From assembly GCA_964016885.1 (NCBI GenBank), contig OZ024740.1, forward strand, positions 293,694,001 through 293,758,000: a stretch of 64,000 bases of DNA, given 5' to 3'. The translations under genes were made by a program, and so were the position numbers. The notes below the pieces were generated by a model, which saw only the letters and a program-made list of their open reading frames with translations, was not told where the DNA came from and ran no database searches. The DNA comes from Eledone cirrhosa. Lineage: Eukaryota. Below are positions 1 to 13,260 of this stretch, one piece after another (positions within the stretch are counted from its first letter, which is position 1; the number at the start of each line of letters is the position of its first letter).

Positions 1-643
1 CAAACAAACACACACACACCACTCACTTATATACACATACACGCCGAGGTTGACTTTGCCTTTCATCCTTACGGGGTCGATAAAATAAAGTACCAGTAAT
101 GCACTGGGTAATTGCTGGCCTTGTGCCTAAAGTAGAAACAATTATTATTGTCACAATTATTATTATAATTGCTTTACAACATAGAGCTATGGCCCTCTAC
201 GTTCCAAGTTCGAAAACCGCCGAGGTCAGCCTTGTTCTTCATCCCCACGGAGTCGACCAAACAAAGTACCACCAATGCGCTGGGACAATCGCTGGCCCCG
301 TGCCAAAAGCAGAAAAATTATTATTATTATAGTTGTTGTTTTCTTAAGGCCTGATCGCTGGTGATGGTGATGGTGGTGGTGGTGATGGATGGTGGTGGTG
401 ATGGTGGTGGCAGCTGATGATGATGTTCTTGTTGTTTTGTTTTTTTTGTTTTTTTTTAAATTTTATTTTATTGTTTGATGCCGCAGTTGTAAATGTTGGT
501 GTAGTTCCTCTTGATGTTGGTGTTCATTTCATTCTGATGGTGTTGTTGCTGTAGACATTGGTGTTGGTGTTGGTGTTGTTGTTGTAGATGTTGGGGTTGA
601 AATTTGGTCGTCTTAACTGAGTGATATATATATATAGACATAC

Positions 644-697
<54 letters not shown>

Positions 698-1439
698 TGG
701 CTGCCAACTCGTTTTCGAGTACGGCCACTACTTTATATCCATGTAGGAGAACCCCTACCGATGCGCTGAACGAGTGTGACTTTTTAGTCCAGCCAGCGTA
801 TTGAAAACTCTGGTACAAACACTACACTTGTGACAATTATTGACACATAGTGCTGGGCCCATGGTACCATGTGACAAGTGCAGAGAGATCTCCAGATATA
901 AAGCAATGCCTGTGCCGTGAAGCTTTTATAGTGAGCAAAGGCACTGCACAAAGCCAGTCCCACTCTCTTAACCAAGATGATATTTACCAAAAAGAAGAAC
1001 AAGTCAACATCATTGGATACCATCAGGGTTGCAGGTGTTATATCAGAGTTTTCCTTCTCCTAGAATTATGCCTTGACAAAGGCTAAGGGGTCATCTCTCC
1101 CGGTGATTTTGGATGGCCATTGACTCTTAAGAGCTCCTTTGCCCTTTGACAGGTTTTGTTTTTAGTCCTGCAGGATGTCCAAAGTCACCCTCCTCACCAA
1201 GAAACCTTGGTGGGGTTGCCAGTTTAGTCGCCAACATCCCGACCATGAGACAGGTTGTACTGGGATACATGTTACCAGTAGCACCAACTGGTGACCTGAC
1301 ACATATATATATATATATATACACACAGGAGAGAGTTTGGCAACAGCTCAGTGAATTTAGTCTAAATGCGTAAATAGACGTATTTAAAACGAAAGAATGG
1401 TATTTAACTAATGTAATGGTATGCGATGAGGCCCACCCA

Positions 1440-2225
1440 CAGCCCCGGCGGACAGAATGGAGAAGGCGTTTCCTTGGAGGACGGCAAGGGAGACATGCGG
1501 GAAAAGCCACTCCAATTCGCGGGGCTCACACCTACGGCTGGCCAGCTCAGCACCTATGGTGGTGAGTAAAGAGGTAGTCCTGAGGCCGAGGACACCAGAA
1601 GTTTCCACTGCCAGAGGAATGACTGCAAACCTGTCGGAGAGCGACCGGTATTTGAGGAGTTTGACCCCCTGAGCCCGACGTGCAGCAGAACCTGGGTCAG
1701 TCGCAGACTGCATCAGGTTGCGGCTGCAGAAAGTGTCGGTGCAAGTGACATCCCAGATGAGGGGTTTGCCACCGCGGAACGGGAAGATGGTCATGCCATC
1801 CCCTTGATCCAGCCCCACCGGCTCGAGCTGGAAAGGGAAGCCTGGAGCGTCCAAGCCATGCTTAATGACCTCGTTGAGGGCAGTAAGGAGAGGGGCAAAC
1901 AGTCAGGAATGAGTGAAGAGGAGAAGAAGAAAATATGTTAGTCAAATTAGCTAGGTAGACGCCTGTAGCCAGTATTCCCCGTATTCATAAGATACAGCGC
2001 CATGCTATGTTGACCAGACGTGCGTAAACTTCCATATTTATAAATGAAACTAAAAATCGTTAGCGGTCGGTAGTATCATATTGTTAATAATATAATTCGA
2101 TGATAAGCAAGTGGGAAAGTATTTTCGATTCTCAAGTATCTCGTGATTATTTATTGTACCCCCTCTTCACTCATTTCTTTTTGTATGTTCTTATTGCTTA
2201 TAATATACATTCTCCTGAGAAAGAT

Positions 2226-2296
<71 letters not shown>

Positions 2297-2338
2297 ATAT
2301 ATATATTATACATATATGTATATAATATATATATATAT

Positions 2339-2372
<34 letters not shown>

Positions 2373-2865
2373 AACGAGTAGGACCCCGACGGCTGAGCTC
2401 AAGCCGTTTCGGCTTGAGCTCAGCCGTCGGGGTCCTACTCGTTCCTATTACCCACTCTACTACCCTAAGTATTGAGTACTTTGGTGCGTTATGGTCCACC
2501 TGGTTCCTTACCACATTTCCTTCGTTATATATATATATATATATATATATTATACAAAGAGAAAGAGGGAGAGAGAGAAAGAGAGAGAGAGAGAAGTTCG
2601 GGGAGGTATAACTTAATAGACATTCGAATTCTAGCGTATAAATGCATAATAGAAGGCGGTCGAAACAGTCCACGGTGGAACCGCAGCGACATTGGTATGG
2701 CTGGCAGATCCGGAGGCCGTGCCTCAGGGAAACGCCGATTCGCAGGCTCTGGTTGTCTAGCTGTGTGCCAGTGGAGAAGGAGGGCAGAGCATGGAATCAG
2801 GCACCACTGTGGGGGTTTGGAGGCCGCACGAAAACAAGCAAGGCGGTGCTGGTCAAAATAGAGTA
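1440..2865 (-). mobile_element. CRE-clade non-LTR retrotransposon 3' part, split into two pieces (2650-2865 and 1440-1890) by later insertions
   Basis: HSGA*FHALP...LDNQSLRIGVSLRHGLRICQPYQCRCG; ALNEVIK; LEPVGL; LIWDVTCTDT; K..KY; PLAVETSG; SLAVLQGNA (restriction-like endonuclease domain). Confidence 0.82.
2372..2444. repeat. Perfect GC-rich inverted repeat (35-bp arms, 3-nt loop)
   Basis: gaacgagtaggaccccgacggctgagctcaagccg-ttt-cggcttgagctcagccgtcggggtcctactcgttc. Confidence 0.97.
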
Positions 2866-3909
2866 ATGACTTGTGTAAATGTAAATGTGGTGGTGGGGAG
2901 AGAGTGTAGATGTTATTGTGGTGGCGGGGGGCAGTAAGATGTATCTACTTCATTTGTCCGTTTTCCTCTCTTTTCAAAATTTGAATTTTTAGCCATGTTA
3001 CTTGGATCGAGAAGGAGAGTTAATGAGAGTTACGTCCCATGGTGATAATAAATTGAGAAACTGAAAGTACCCGCTCTCTTACAAAGCTAGCCGTCCAGGA
3101 GTTAAGATGTAATTTTGCTTTCTCCCACTTTTCATTTCACCCACACCATGTGGAGTGAACGTATTAAGAGCAACTCTCTCTCAGGCGGAACAGAAAACCA
3201 ATAACACCGTGTCGAGACTAACTATTTCTCTTACCTCGTCGCCAATTCTACAACTAACAATTGTTTCTACAATATGGCACAAGGCCAGCAAATTAACGAG
3301 TGTATTACTGGTACTTTATTTTATCGGCCCCGTAAGGATGAAAGGCAAAGTTAACCTCGGCGGAATTTTGCGTCAAAGCATAGCGTCCGACCCTCTACCG
3401 ATACTGCCAATCCACCTACAACCAATAATACCAATTATACATATTATATTATTTCAAAAGGTATGTCTTATTTCCAAGTTGTAACACGCACTCATAACAA
3501 TAAAGATAAGACAATTATAGACACTCGTGTGAGATATTTCAGCATGTTTCATTTAATTACTTTATTCCTAAATTGATGACCAAATAACATAAACACTAAA
3601 TAAAATCGACGAACTTTCTTGCCCGTTAAATTACATTGGGATGCAAGTAAGTGTAAAATGTAAATAAAGATTGCTCTGGGAAAATATATGAAAATATTTG
3701 TGTAACTTCCACAACTTCTATCGGGATATTTCCCGCGTCTAGTGAGCAAAAATTTTGTTGTATTTTGATGTATTTTGATGTTTCAGAATACAAAAATTAA
3801 TCAAAACTTACCCCACGAAAAGACAGCTTGTGTTGTCCGATCTATAAGCTCCCTATACATACATACCTACATACATGCAAGTTAAATAAGAAAAAGTAAG
3901 TTTGACTAC

Positions 3910-4036
3910 CTTCTTGGTAAAATCGTGAAGAATTTTCAAACATTTGCCTGCTTCTCTCCCCATAGGATGTAAATTGAAGAGTATATCAGGCCACAGCCAT
4001 GGAGATTTAGCACGGTAAGCAGAGATATCACACATT
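3910..4036 (-). CDS. CYP4V-like exon 6 (127 nt); gene continues beyond the left edge of the window
   Basis: tttag|A...AAG|gtagtc; MCDISAYRAKSPWLWPDILFNLHPMGREAGKCLKILHDFTKK (F-G region, PWL.PD and LH.FT motifs). No I-helix, EXXR or heme exons were found in 1-3909. Confidence 0.93.
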
Positions 4037-4834
4037 CTAAAATATTACACAAAATTAATTATTAATTAATTTACTACAAATAAAATTAATTAACAACATA
4101 TCGGTGGTATTTAACAAAATATTATGGATTTGGCATCAGTTTCAATGATGAGTGTTACAGTTATATGTGATCAACAGAACTACCTACTCATTTAATTAAG
4201 AGTATTCTACAAACATGTGTACATATAATGTAATCATTGGTCAGATTCAACAGGGCACAATGTGTAACAGAGCCAGATCTTAGAATTACAGATCTTTTTT
4301 GTTTTTAAATAGTTGAGGATTGAAGAATCTATAGTCATGCATGCATATGAATAAATTGAAAATATATTTGTATATATACATACATATATATATACACATG
4401 TATATACATATATACATACACACACACACATATATATATACATATATACATACACACACACATATATATATATATATATATTTACCATCTTATTCCTTCT
4501 ACCACTTTATCAGATTTTTTTGAGCTGACTCCAACAATAACACCATTACCAACACAAGAATAGAGGTCAGATGTACCTAACAATAACAAGAACAACAACT
4601 ACAGATTGGCTTGCCTCAGAACGAATTTCCATAGACTTTTGACTGAGGAATGTTCTAACAACTGACCAATGAGAGGAGAAGAGGCCTTTTGACACTGAAA
4701 TTCGTTTGTTTGAATTCATATGATTCAAGTTCCTCAGTGAAATAACAGCCCAACCAGGAACTGGGCATATCGGAGTATTGACAAAGTTATACACCTCAAC
4801 AACATGTGTACTCGTCTCTACCACACTAATTCGA

Positions 4835-4889
4835 ACTGCCTGAAGAGGTCACAGCCAAAGATGGCTATCACCGAAATATATATAGCAGT
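4835..4889 (+). ncRNA. Type I hammerhead ribozyme (minimal, Penelope-type)
   Basis: actgc-CTGAAGA-ggt[cacagccaaagatggctatc]acc-GAAA-tatata-TA-gcagt: 5-bp stem I, intact core, G-C-closed stem II, palindromic stem III. Confidence 0.8.
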
Positions 4890-6599
4890 AATAAACGAAG
4901 CCAAATTTTAAACATTTGACTTATTTATTTTATTTTACATTACTCTGGAGTAACCAAACCAACCTGCGCACTTCGTCGAATGCTCCAATCTGCATACTGA
5001 GGTGTTGGTATACAACCAACATATACTCAAAATATATATATATCATCATCATTTCATTTTTACGTCTGCTTTTTCCCTGCTTGCAAGGGTGGGACGGGAA
5101 CTGATTCTGGCTTGATTTCTACAGCTGGATGCCCATCCTAACACCAACCTCATTTACAGTGAGTGCTGAGTGCTTTTTTGCCGTGGCACCTCCACGACCA
5201 CTTTGCAGTGGAATGATATGGACCCCAGTCCCTATCATCTCATTTCTACAGCTGAGTAAACTGGAGCAATGTGAAATAAAGTGTCTTGCTCAAGGAAACA
5301 ACACATCACCCGATCTGAGAATTGAACTCACAACCTTTCGATTGCAAGGCCAATGCTCCAACCACTAAGCCATGTGCCTCCATACATATGTATATGCAGT
5401 ATTCTTCTCCCCATATTTTTCATATATTTACCTAAACTGCGATTCTGTGTTTCTCTCTTTCTCTCTTACTGCTCCCTCGTTCTCTCTGTTTCTCTTACTT
5501 TCTTTCGTACCCTCTGTCATGTCAGTTAACACTTTCTCTCTACTGACATCTTCCTCGCACTTCCACTCACTCACTCTCTGTTTCTCCCCTTCTTACTTCC
5601 CCCCGTCCGCTACTAACCCGATTTTCCTTCTTTCTCACATCGGATTCACTAGCGAAAGGTCTGTTTCTTACTCGCACATGTATTCACCCAGCTTATACTG
5701 ACAGAATAACCATGTTGCTTGTGTTTATTTCTATGTTTGGTTAGCTTTCTCCTGTGTTGTTTACTTGTCTCACTCGCTTTACGCGTTTCAATTGTCCTAA
5801 TAACTTTTTTTTAGTTATTGTCGTACTAACGTGGGGTATATGATTTTTAATGCAATGAAATACCAATGATCGTTGGCAAATCACTGATGAGGGACTCATT
5901 TTATAACATGTAATCCATGTGCAACCATGCAGTATTCTTCTCCCCATATTTTTCATATATATATATATGTATTGGAAAGTTTAAAAAATAAGGTATGTTT
6001 ATAAATAAACATTTAGAAACCTGTAGCTATGCAAAAACACCGACGGCTGTTGCCACCTGGTGGTGTCCAGCAGAAGCAAGGGGGACAATCGTCGATGCAT
6101 TTCAAACTGACTGGTTCTCATCAGGATGATCTCTCCTGCTCTTGCAACTGCTCTGAACTTGAAAGCAGGCAAGAATATCTACTTTTCTCGTCTGTAAAAA
6201 TGAAGAGATTAATCTCATTTGCATATGAAGCTGTATAAGTTGGCAATATAAGATATCCTCATTCCATCTTAAGATGCATTACTGACTTGCATGTTACGCA
6301 ACTTGGCGTGTAGCTTACGAATTCCCTGAAACCTATTGAAGATATTTATCTAATATCTATCGATCGGGTACAAGTTAGTCTTTAACCTGTTTGTATGTTC
6401 GTTGTTGTAGTATTAAAGTGGCAACACGTCTCTGGTCGCATTTTTCATTGTGTCACATTACCTAACTTATGTTATTACTCTGAGCATTAATTCAATGATT
6501 TTGTCTCATTGAGTGCTTTGTGGCAGCCTCCAAAAAATTTGATTCCGAACTTGCTACTCACAGTTGCAACTTCGGTTATACTCACTATTATTATTGGTG

Positions 6600-8985
6600 G
6601 ATCATGACGGGCGCATGCTACTCGATTCCGGGCAAATGTGTGAAGCTTTTCAGCGACACTTCACTCAGCTGTTCGGAGGCAGTGGCGGGCTGGATCGAGG
6701 GATGGACTTTAGTGCCTACCTCAACTGACTGCCGTGGCTCTCGGCCACTGAGGTGGAGTGTTGCGAAAAGCCGATAACAGCAGCTGAAGTATGGGAGGCA
6801 ATGACTGGCTGCACAAGGGGTAAATCGCCTGGTTTGGATGGTCTGCCCTATGAACTTTACGTACAGATGCCAGACTTGTTTGGAGGCATCTTGGCAGACG
6901 TCTACTGCAACTGGCAACAGAACGGGAGAATTCCCAGCTCTGTGAGCTGAGGAGCGGTGGCACTGCTGAGAAAGGATCCGAACAAGGGGATAACATAGAT
7001 AATTTCAGGCCCATAACTCTGCTAAACACAGAGTTCAAGATTTTGGCCAAGGTGCTAGCAAAGAAGTTGGCGCTTGTCGTTGGTGGTTTGGTGGGAGAGG
7101 TGCAGGCATGCGCCATTCCAGACAGATCCATCCATGACAACCTCAACTTCATGCGATAAATCATGGAGAGGGTAGCTAGGGAACTTGGCACGGGTGGTTC
7201 CTTGATCAATTTAGATCAGTCGAAAGCTTTCGATAGGGTCGACCATCGTTATCTGGCAGCAGTCCTGAGGGTGGCTGGCTTTGGGCCCATCTTCAGAGGC
7301 TGGATCGCTGCCATGCACAACAATATCTGCTCTGTGGTGAGAGTGAACGGTCACCTTTAGGAACCGTTCAACATCATGCGCTCGGTCCGCCAAGGATGTC
7401 CCCTCTCGTCCCTCTTGTACGTATTGACTCTCGAGCCATTACTGCACAAACTGGAGACGTTGAGGGGCGTCTCGCGCGAACTAGGATGCGGAAGATCCGT
7501 GTCAGCATATGCGGTTATGTCACCGTAGTGGTGTCGAATGCCAAACATATCGAGGCGATCGGCACTACACTAAGAGAATACGAAGCGGTGACAGGAGCAA
7601 TGATCAACCAGGAAAAGTCGGTGGGCTTGCAACTCGGCACCTGGAGAGGCAGGTCCATGCCGTCCACAGTGTCGTCGGACACTGGACGGACGAACTTGCT
7701 AGGGGTCTGGTTCAGTCCGGACCTCCAGATGGACAAAAACTGGGACAAGGTGACGAGCAGGGTGGCTTCTATCACCCAGAAATGGGCGGAGAGGAAGCTA
7801 TCCCTGAAAGGTCGAGTGGAGGTGGCGAATGCAAACATCGCATCCGTCATCTACTACACCCTGACCATCGTACCTTGTCCTAAGCCCCGCCTGACTGCGC
7901 TGGAGCGTTTGCTCTTTCGCTTTTTGTGGAAGGGACGCGCTCCGATGGTCAGGCGGTCTATCTGCTGTCAACACCCGCTACGTGGAGGGCTGAGCATGCC
8001 GTGGCTGATGATGCACAGACACGTGCTCAGGCTACAACATCTCCACCTCTTCCTCGACGGTGATCAGGTGTGGTCGCCGTTTGCTAGACGCGTCTTTCCC
8101 CAGCTCGACTCCTTGTCAGAGCTGTAGTCCTGGGTCAAGCGAAGACCGAGAGGGAGCGCCTGGAGACTGGAATGAATTCAGGCGCTCACAGCCCTCAACC
8201 AGTCGGGCAATGTGATCAGTGGAGACTCCCCCTTGGCGTTCTATAAAGGATTAGTGGAGGGGAAGAGCGACGACGTACTTGGGGAAACTCTAGGCATCGA
8301 TGAAAATCAACTAGCCAATCTCTTCGAAAGAACTTTCGGGACGGGGCCTATGGACAATTTCCCGAAATCCCTGGCCTGGCAATGCTACCGAGGAGCTTTG
8401 CCAGTTCGGGATAAACTCTACAAGCATGGAAGGATTGCCCCGCCCTTTTCCTTTAGACGGGAAGGGCAGGCAGTTTTTATCTGTCTGGTGGCCATGGCAA
8501 AAGAGATAGTATGGTGGACGCGTCTGAAAGGGCTGAAGACGAGCACTTACCTCTTCGGTGATGCCCTGATTAACTTTTTCAAATTTCATTTGAAAAGGAA
8601 AATCAGGGTAGAAAGGGAAGTACTCTCTTCCCAGCTTTTTGTTGAAAGATGGGTGAGAGAGGCAAGAATGGCCCAAGTGAATGGACCTACTCTGAGTATG
8701 TGCCTGTAAATTGAAGGTGGAAAACTGGGAGAGGGCACTTGCCCTGGTGGTCATGGTCACCGTGACTTTTTTTAATGGGCTTTCTCCACGATGGCCCTCG
8801 GAAGTCTCGCCCCTATTGGGGAATTTTTCATTGTTCATTTTTTGTCACATCCTCTGTAATTTGTTTTTTTTACACACAGAAATGCCCATTTGTACCATCC
8901 TGTATTGTCCTGTATTGTCCTGTACTGTTCTTAATGTCTTACTTTGTGTAAACCCTGGTGGTTAATAAAGAAAGCATTATTATTA
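6600..8985 (+). mobile_element. Tx1/L1-clade LINE, 5'-truncated, RT with stops
   Basis: KSPGLDGLP, NFRPITLLN, DQSKAFDRV, VRQGCPLS, LSLKGR, GGL. AATAAA and an (ATT)n tail at ~8964-8988. Confidence 0.88.
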
Positions 8986-9189
8986 TTATGCGGTGAATTG
9001 GCAGTATCGGTAGAGGGTCGGATATGCTTTCCAGCATAGTTACGTCCCTTTACAATCTGAGCTCAAATCCCGCCGAGGTTAACTTTGCCTTTCATCCTTA
9101 CGAGGTCGATAAAATAAAGTACCAGTAATGTACTGGGTAATTGCTGGACTTGTGCCAAAAGTAGAAACAATTATTTTTATCATTGTTCT

Positions 9190-10570
9190 TTGAGCCTCAG
9201 TCATTCATGTTATTAAACTGGAAAGTTTGTTCAAATGAACATCAAGCCGCTACCTGCAGCCTCAGATATTCAGAACATAGTGGAGGGTTCTTTCTGTTCC
9301 CATCAAGCATGTCTTTTGAAGTGTTCCAAAAAAGGGTGCTGGACTGATGTTCTTTAACCATCCTTGAGAACTCTTTGAGATAGTACCTAGTGCTCCTATG
9401 ACAATCGGGATGACCTTGATCTCATGACAGTCCCAAATCCTTTTTAACTCCCACTTTAAAACCTGGTATTGGTTAATTTTCCCCTTCTTGCACTCTCGTG
9501 TAAGATAGGCAGGCTACATCTATGGCACGATCTTTTTTCCTTGTCAAAAACCACCAGGTCAGGCCTATTGTGTTCTAATTTCTTGTCCGTCTGTATCCTA
9601 AAATCCTATAGCACCTTCACCTGATCGTTTTCTATCACCGACTCTGGCTTACCCCTTCTCAGAATGTGGTAAATTGTTTAGTTTGCATAAAAGCCAGTGA
9701 ATCACCTTTACGATCATATCATGTCTCCAGCTTTTATAGTGAGTCTGGGCTAGGTGTTTACACTCGGATACAATGTCAGCCACAGTCTACTCTCTCTCTC
9801 TCTCCACAGATCCTACACAGTGAGCTAGCCTCCTCCTTGTCAATACGGTGTTTCACCCACTTCGTTCTGAGGCCTTGCTCTTGTGCAGCTATTACCATTC
9901 CTTCTGTAGCTTTTTAAAGGTCTCCTCTTTTTAACCAGTTCCATGTCTGTGGATCTCTGAATTCCGTTTTCTTAAAGAAGGTGCTATGAAGGGATTTTTC
10001 ATGAAGGTTGCTCTTCCTCCTTGTTGTTATTTCCTCCTTGGATATCCCCTGGTCTATTGTCTTCTCCTTCAGTACAACTTTGAGCATTGGCTCCCTACTG
10101 TCAGACACATATTTGTGCAGACTGCTTTTCTCCATCTGAACACAGTCCTCTATGCTGATAAGACCTCTTCCACCTTCAGATCTCTTTAAGTAGAGTCTAT
10201 CAACATCACTCCTATTTTGGAACATGATGTAGGTAGTCATCAGCATCCTAATCTTCCTATCCATTTCCTATACATTTCAGAATTCCCACACTGCATCATA
10301 ATAATAGACACAGCTTGGGAATTTACTACACTTATGATATTCCTACTATTTAGATGTGATTTTAGTATGTTCCTTAATCTCCTTATGTAGTCAGATCTTA
10401 GCAATTCCTTCATTTTTTTGTTCTTGATGTCATCTGCCTCCAGAACACCCAAATATTTGTATCCTTCTTCAGTGTCAATTTCCTTTATCATCTCACCTGT
10501 TGGTACCTGGATTCCATTTCTTCTGTTCAATTTACACCTCTTCATCACTAGGACTCCACACTTACTAACA
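9190..10570 (-). mobile_element. R4/NeSL-like RLE non-LTR retrotransposon fragment
   Basis: GYKYLGVLE, RLYLKRSEGGRGL, AAQEQGL.T, QTDKKLEHNRPDLVV, PIVIGALG. Confidence 0.82.
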
Positions 10571-10734
10571 CCATTAAATCCCGCTGAGGTTAACTCTGTC
10601 TTTCATCCTTACGGGGTCGATAAAATAAAGTTCCGGTCACGCACTGGAGTCGATTTGATCGACATTCTTCTCCCCCAAAATTGCTGGCCTTGTGCCTATA
10701 TAAGAAACCATTATTATTATTACACACACACACA

Positions 10735-10836
<102 letters not shown>

Positions 10837-10847
10837 AATACATACAT

Positions 10848-10998
10848 AGGTGGTGAGAGCAGACCTAAGATCGCTGAAACTCACGGTGGAGTTGACGAAG
10901 GACTGTGACAAGTTGAGAGATGCTGTGCTGAATAGGACCCGTCCCACTCTTCCAAGCAGGGAAAAGCGGACGTAAAATAATGATGATGATGATGATGA
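10848..10998 (+). mobile_element. RTE LINE 3' end
   Basis: VVRADLRSLKLTVELTKDCDKLRDAVL followed by ...agcggacgtaaaataa(tga)n. Confidence 0.65.
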
Positions 10999-11153
10999 TA
11001 TATATGCGTGTGTGTGTAGCAATATATGTAAGTATGATAAAGGAAAAAGGAAAACAGTGCTCAATCGGGAGGAGAGCAGAAATATTACATTATTTATTTA
11101 TGTTCATTCACAGAACTAAAGCACGACCTAAGGTTTCAAGGCCCAATATTGGA

Positions 11154-11230
<77 letters not shown>

Positions 11231-11369
11231 TGTTTGCTGAATACAGAGCTCGATAAGATCAGTGTACTGGAAGTTTAGTTCTGGCATGAAATCTTATGTA
11301 ACTTTAGACAATGTATTTTTAAAAAGCTGTCTACATAAGCCACATATTAGTTTTGGTTCAGCTTGAACT

Positions 11370-11860
11370 GCCTGTGTTGAACTGTGAAAAGTCTCTTTAG
11401 ACCTCCTCTATCAAAAGCCTTTTTCAAACACACAAATGCCAGGAGCAATGGCTTATTCCGAGTACTTCTGTAGTTGTCTCATGAGAAAGAGGGCTATTTG
11501 TATTACAATTACCTGACATAAAGCCAAACTTCATCTGATCTAACTTAATTTTGTTTCTAGATACTTGTGATAATCTGATCCCTCAACTTGATTCCTCTGT
11601 AGTTTCCTTTCTCCAATGCATCATATTTTCTATTGCAGTAGTTTACAATGACACTGCAGTACCAGTCATTGGGTGTGACACCATCTCAAAATACTCGATT
11701 AATTTTGTATTTGACTAGATTGTAACCTACCTTACCATATATTTATAGCATATTGGCAACTATACAGGATGGTCTAGCAGCCTTCCCTACCTTCATATCC
11801 TTAATTGCTTTGTCTTCGTCACTACTAACAACTTTTATGGCTGGCCCTATAATTGGTTGT
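11370..11860 (-). mobile_element. Decayed RTE-type RT fragment
   Basis: Minus-strand AIKDMKVGKAA, QMKFGFMSG, KAFDR remnants. Confidence 0.55.
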
Positions 11861-11973
11861 GTGACTTTAGCAGGGTGGATGGCTTTAAAACACTTTGAAG
11901 TGATACAATATATTTAAAATTATCTGTAAGAATGTATCAGAATAAAATAGTCACATAATATCAAAACACCTAC

Positions 11974-12043
11974 CTTTTAACACTTTCAATGTATTCTGAG
12001 CTTTCATCAATTTGTGCATTCACACATTTACCCATGGCAGTTT
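11974..12043 (-). CDS. CYP4V-like exon 5 (70 nt)
   Basis: ttcag|AA...AG|gtaggt; (E)TAMGKCVNAQIDESSEYIESVK(R), the CYP4 ETAMG motif. Confidence 0.95.
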
Positions 12044-12058
12044 CTGAAGTAATAAGTA

Positions 12059-12130
<72 letters not shown>

Positions 12131-12181
12131 GAAAGAGTGAAGAATAACATAGTCAACAGTACAAAAAAGGGTTTTATTCAT

Positions 12182-12291
12182 AGTCTTAACAATTGTTTCA
12201 CTGATTAAGTTGTCTAAAAATTGCTGAACACTTGAAGCTGTGCCACTCAATTTTAAATACGTTGTTAGCTTAACCAGATCATCAGAGGACT
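12182..12291 (-). ncRNA. Type I hammerhead ribozyme (minimal, slightly degenerate)
   Basis: agtcct-CTGATGA-t-ctggttaag...cttaatcag-t-GAAA-caattg-TT-aagact. Core intact; 9-bp stem II with a U.U closing mismatch; one stem I mismatch. Confidence 0.65.
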
Positions 12292-13075
12292 GTTAAAAAT
12301 ATGCTCAGTGTCTACGAATTCAAATTACAACATCATTAATAAAGTGAAATGACAGGAGGACAAATATTTAGCAGTTAAGAATGTTTGCTATATATAGTTG
12401 CGTTGTAGCTTGATGTTGTACCAATTTAGCAGAAAAGGAGATGTTTGTAATAATAGCAGGAAAAGAGGAGTTATTTGATATGGTTGGGTATAGCCACGAA
12501 AGCAGCTGACTCTTTAATATAGTTGTTGTTGGCAAGTGAGTAAGTGAAGATTATCTCAGTGAGTCGAGAGAAGCTATGTCCTATTTAAGGGAACAAAAAC
12601 TGTACGCACTTTTTGTGGTGAAATGATATTACTTTGGGAAAAAAAAGTTTTCCCATATCACGTCAGAAGAAATATTTTTAGCATGTGTGCAGATTCAATG
12701 GGGGCAGAAATACCAGAAGACTGTTAAACATTTTACAAAGGGTTTATTTTCAACCCAAAAAGATTACAATAAAATGCTGCCGGCATGCCGCATGAGTAAG
12801 TGAAACAAAAATGAAGTGTTGGAAGAAAGAGGTTGATCCCTTGCCAATAGGGCCAAAGTTTCTTTTTTAACGTTACCTCTTGCTAGTATCGACACGGGAA
12901 TGTAAATAGGTCTTGTCTTCTTGAAGTGGATGCAGCAATTGTGTGAAGTCAAAAAAAGAAGCACAAATTTCTTAGTCGGGCGGAAGTAACAGTATATTCA
13001 TGCGCAACTTACACGATTGGTCAACCAGTAACCAAATCATGCATAAAAGATTGTTGTTGCGAGATATGAAATAAT

Positions 13076-13260
13076 TGTCTCTACTTTAGGCACAAGGCCA
13101 GCAATAACCCAGTGCATTACTGGTACTTTATTTTATCAACCCCGTAAGGATGAAAGGCAAAGTCAGCCTCGGCGGGATTTGAACTCAGAACGTAAAGGGA
13201 CGTAACTATGCTGGAAAGCATGGCGTCCGACCCTCTACTGATACTGCCAATCCACCGCCC
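13076..13260 (-). mobile_element. SINE family A copy with a perfect 18-bp target-site duplication
   Basis: tgcgagatatgaaataat at 13058-13075 and 13261-13278. Confidence 0.9.

Noticed and set aside
3812-3867. Exon-like segment with a strong donor (GGG|gtaagt) just after exon 6
   Set aside because: It would need a 42-57-nt intron, and its translation does not resemble CYP4 exon 7.
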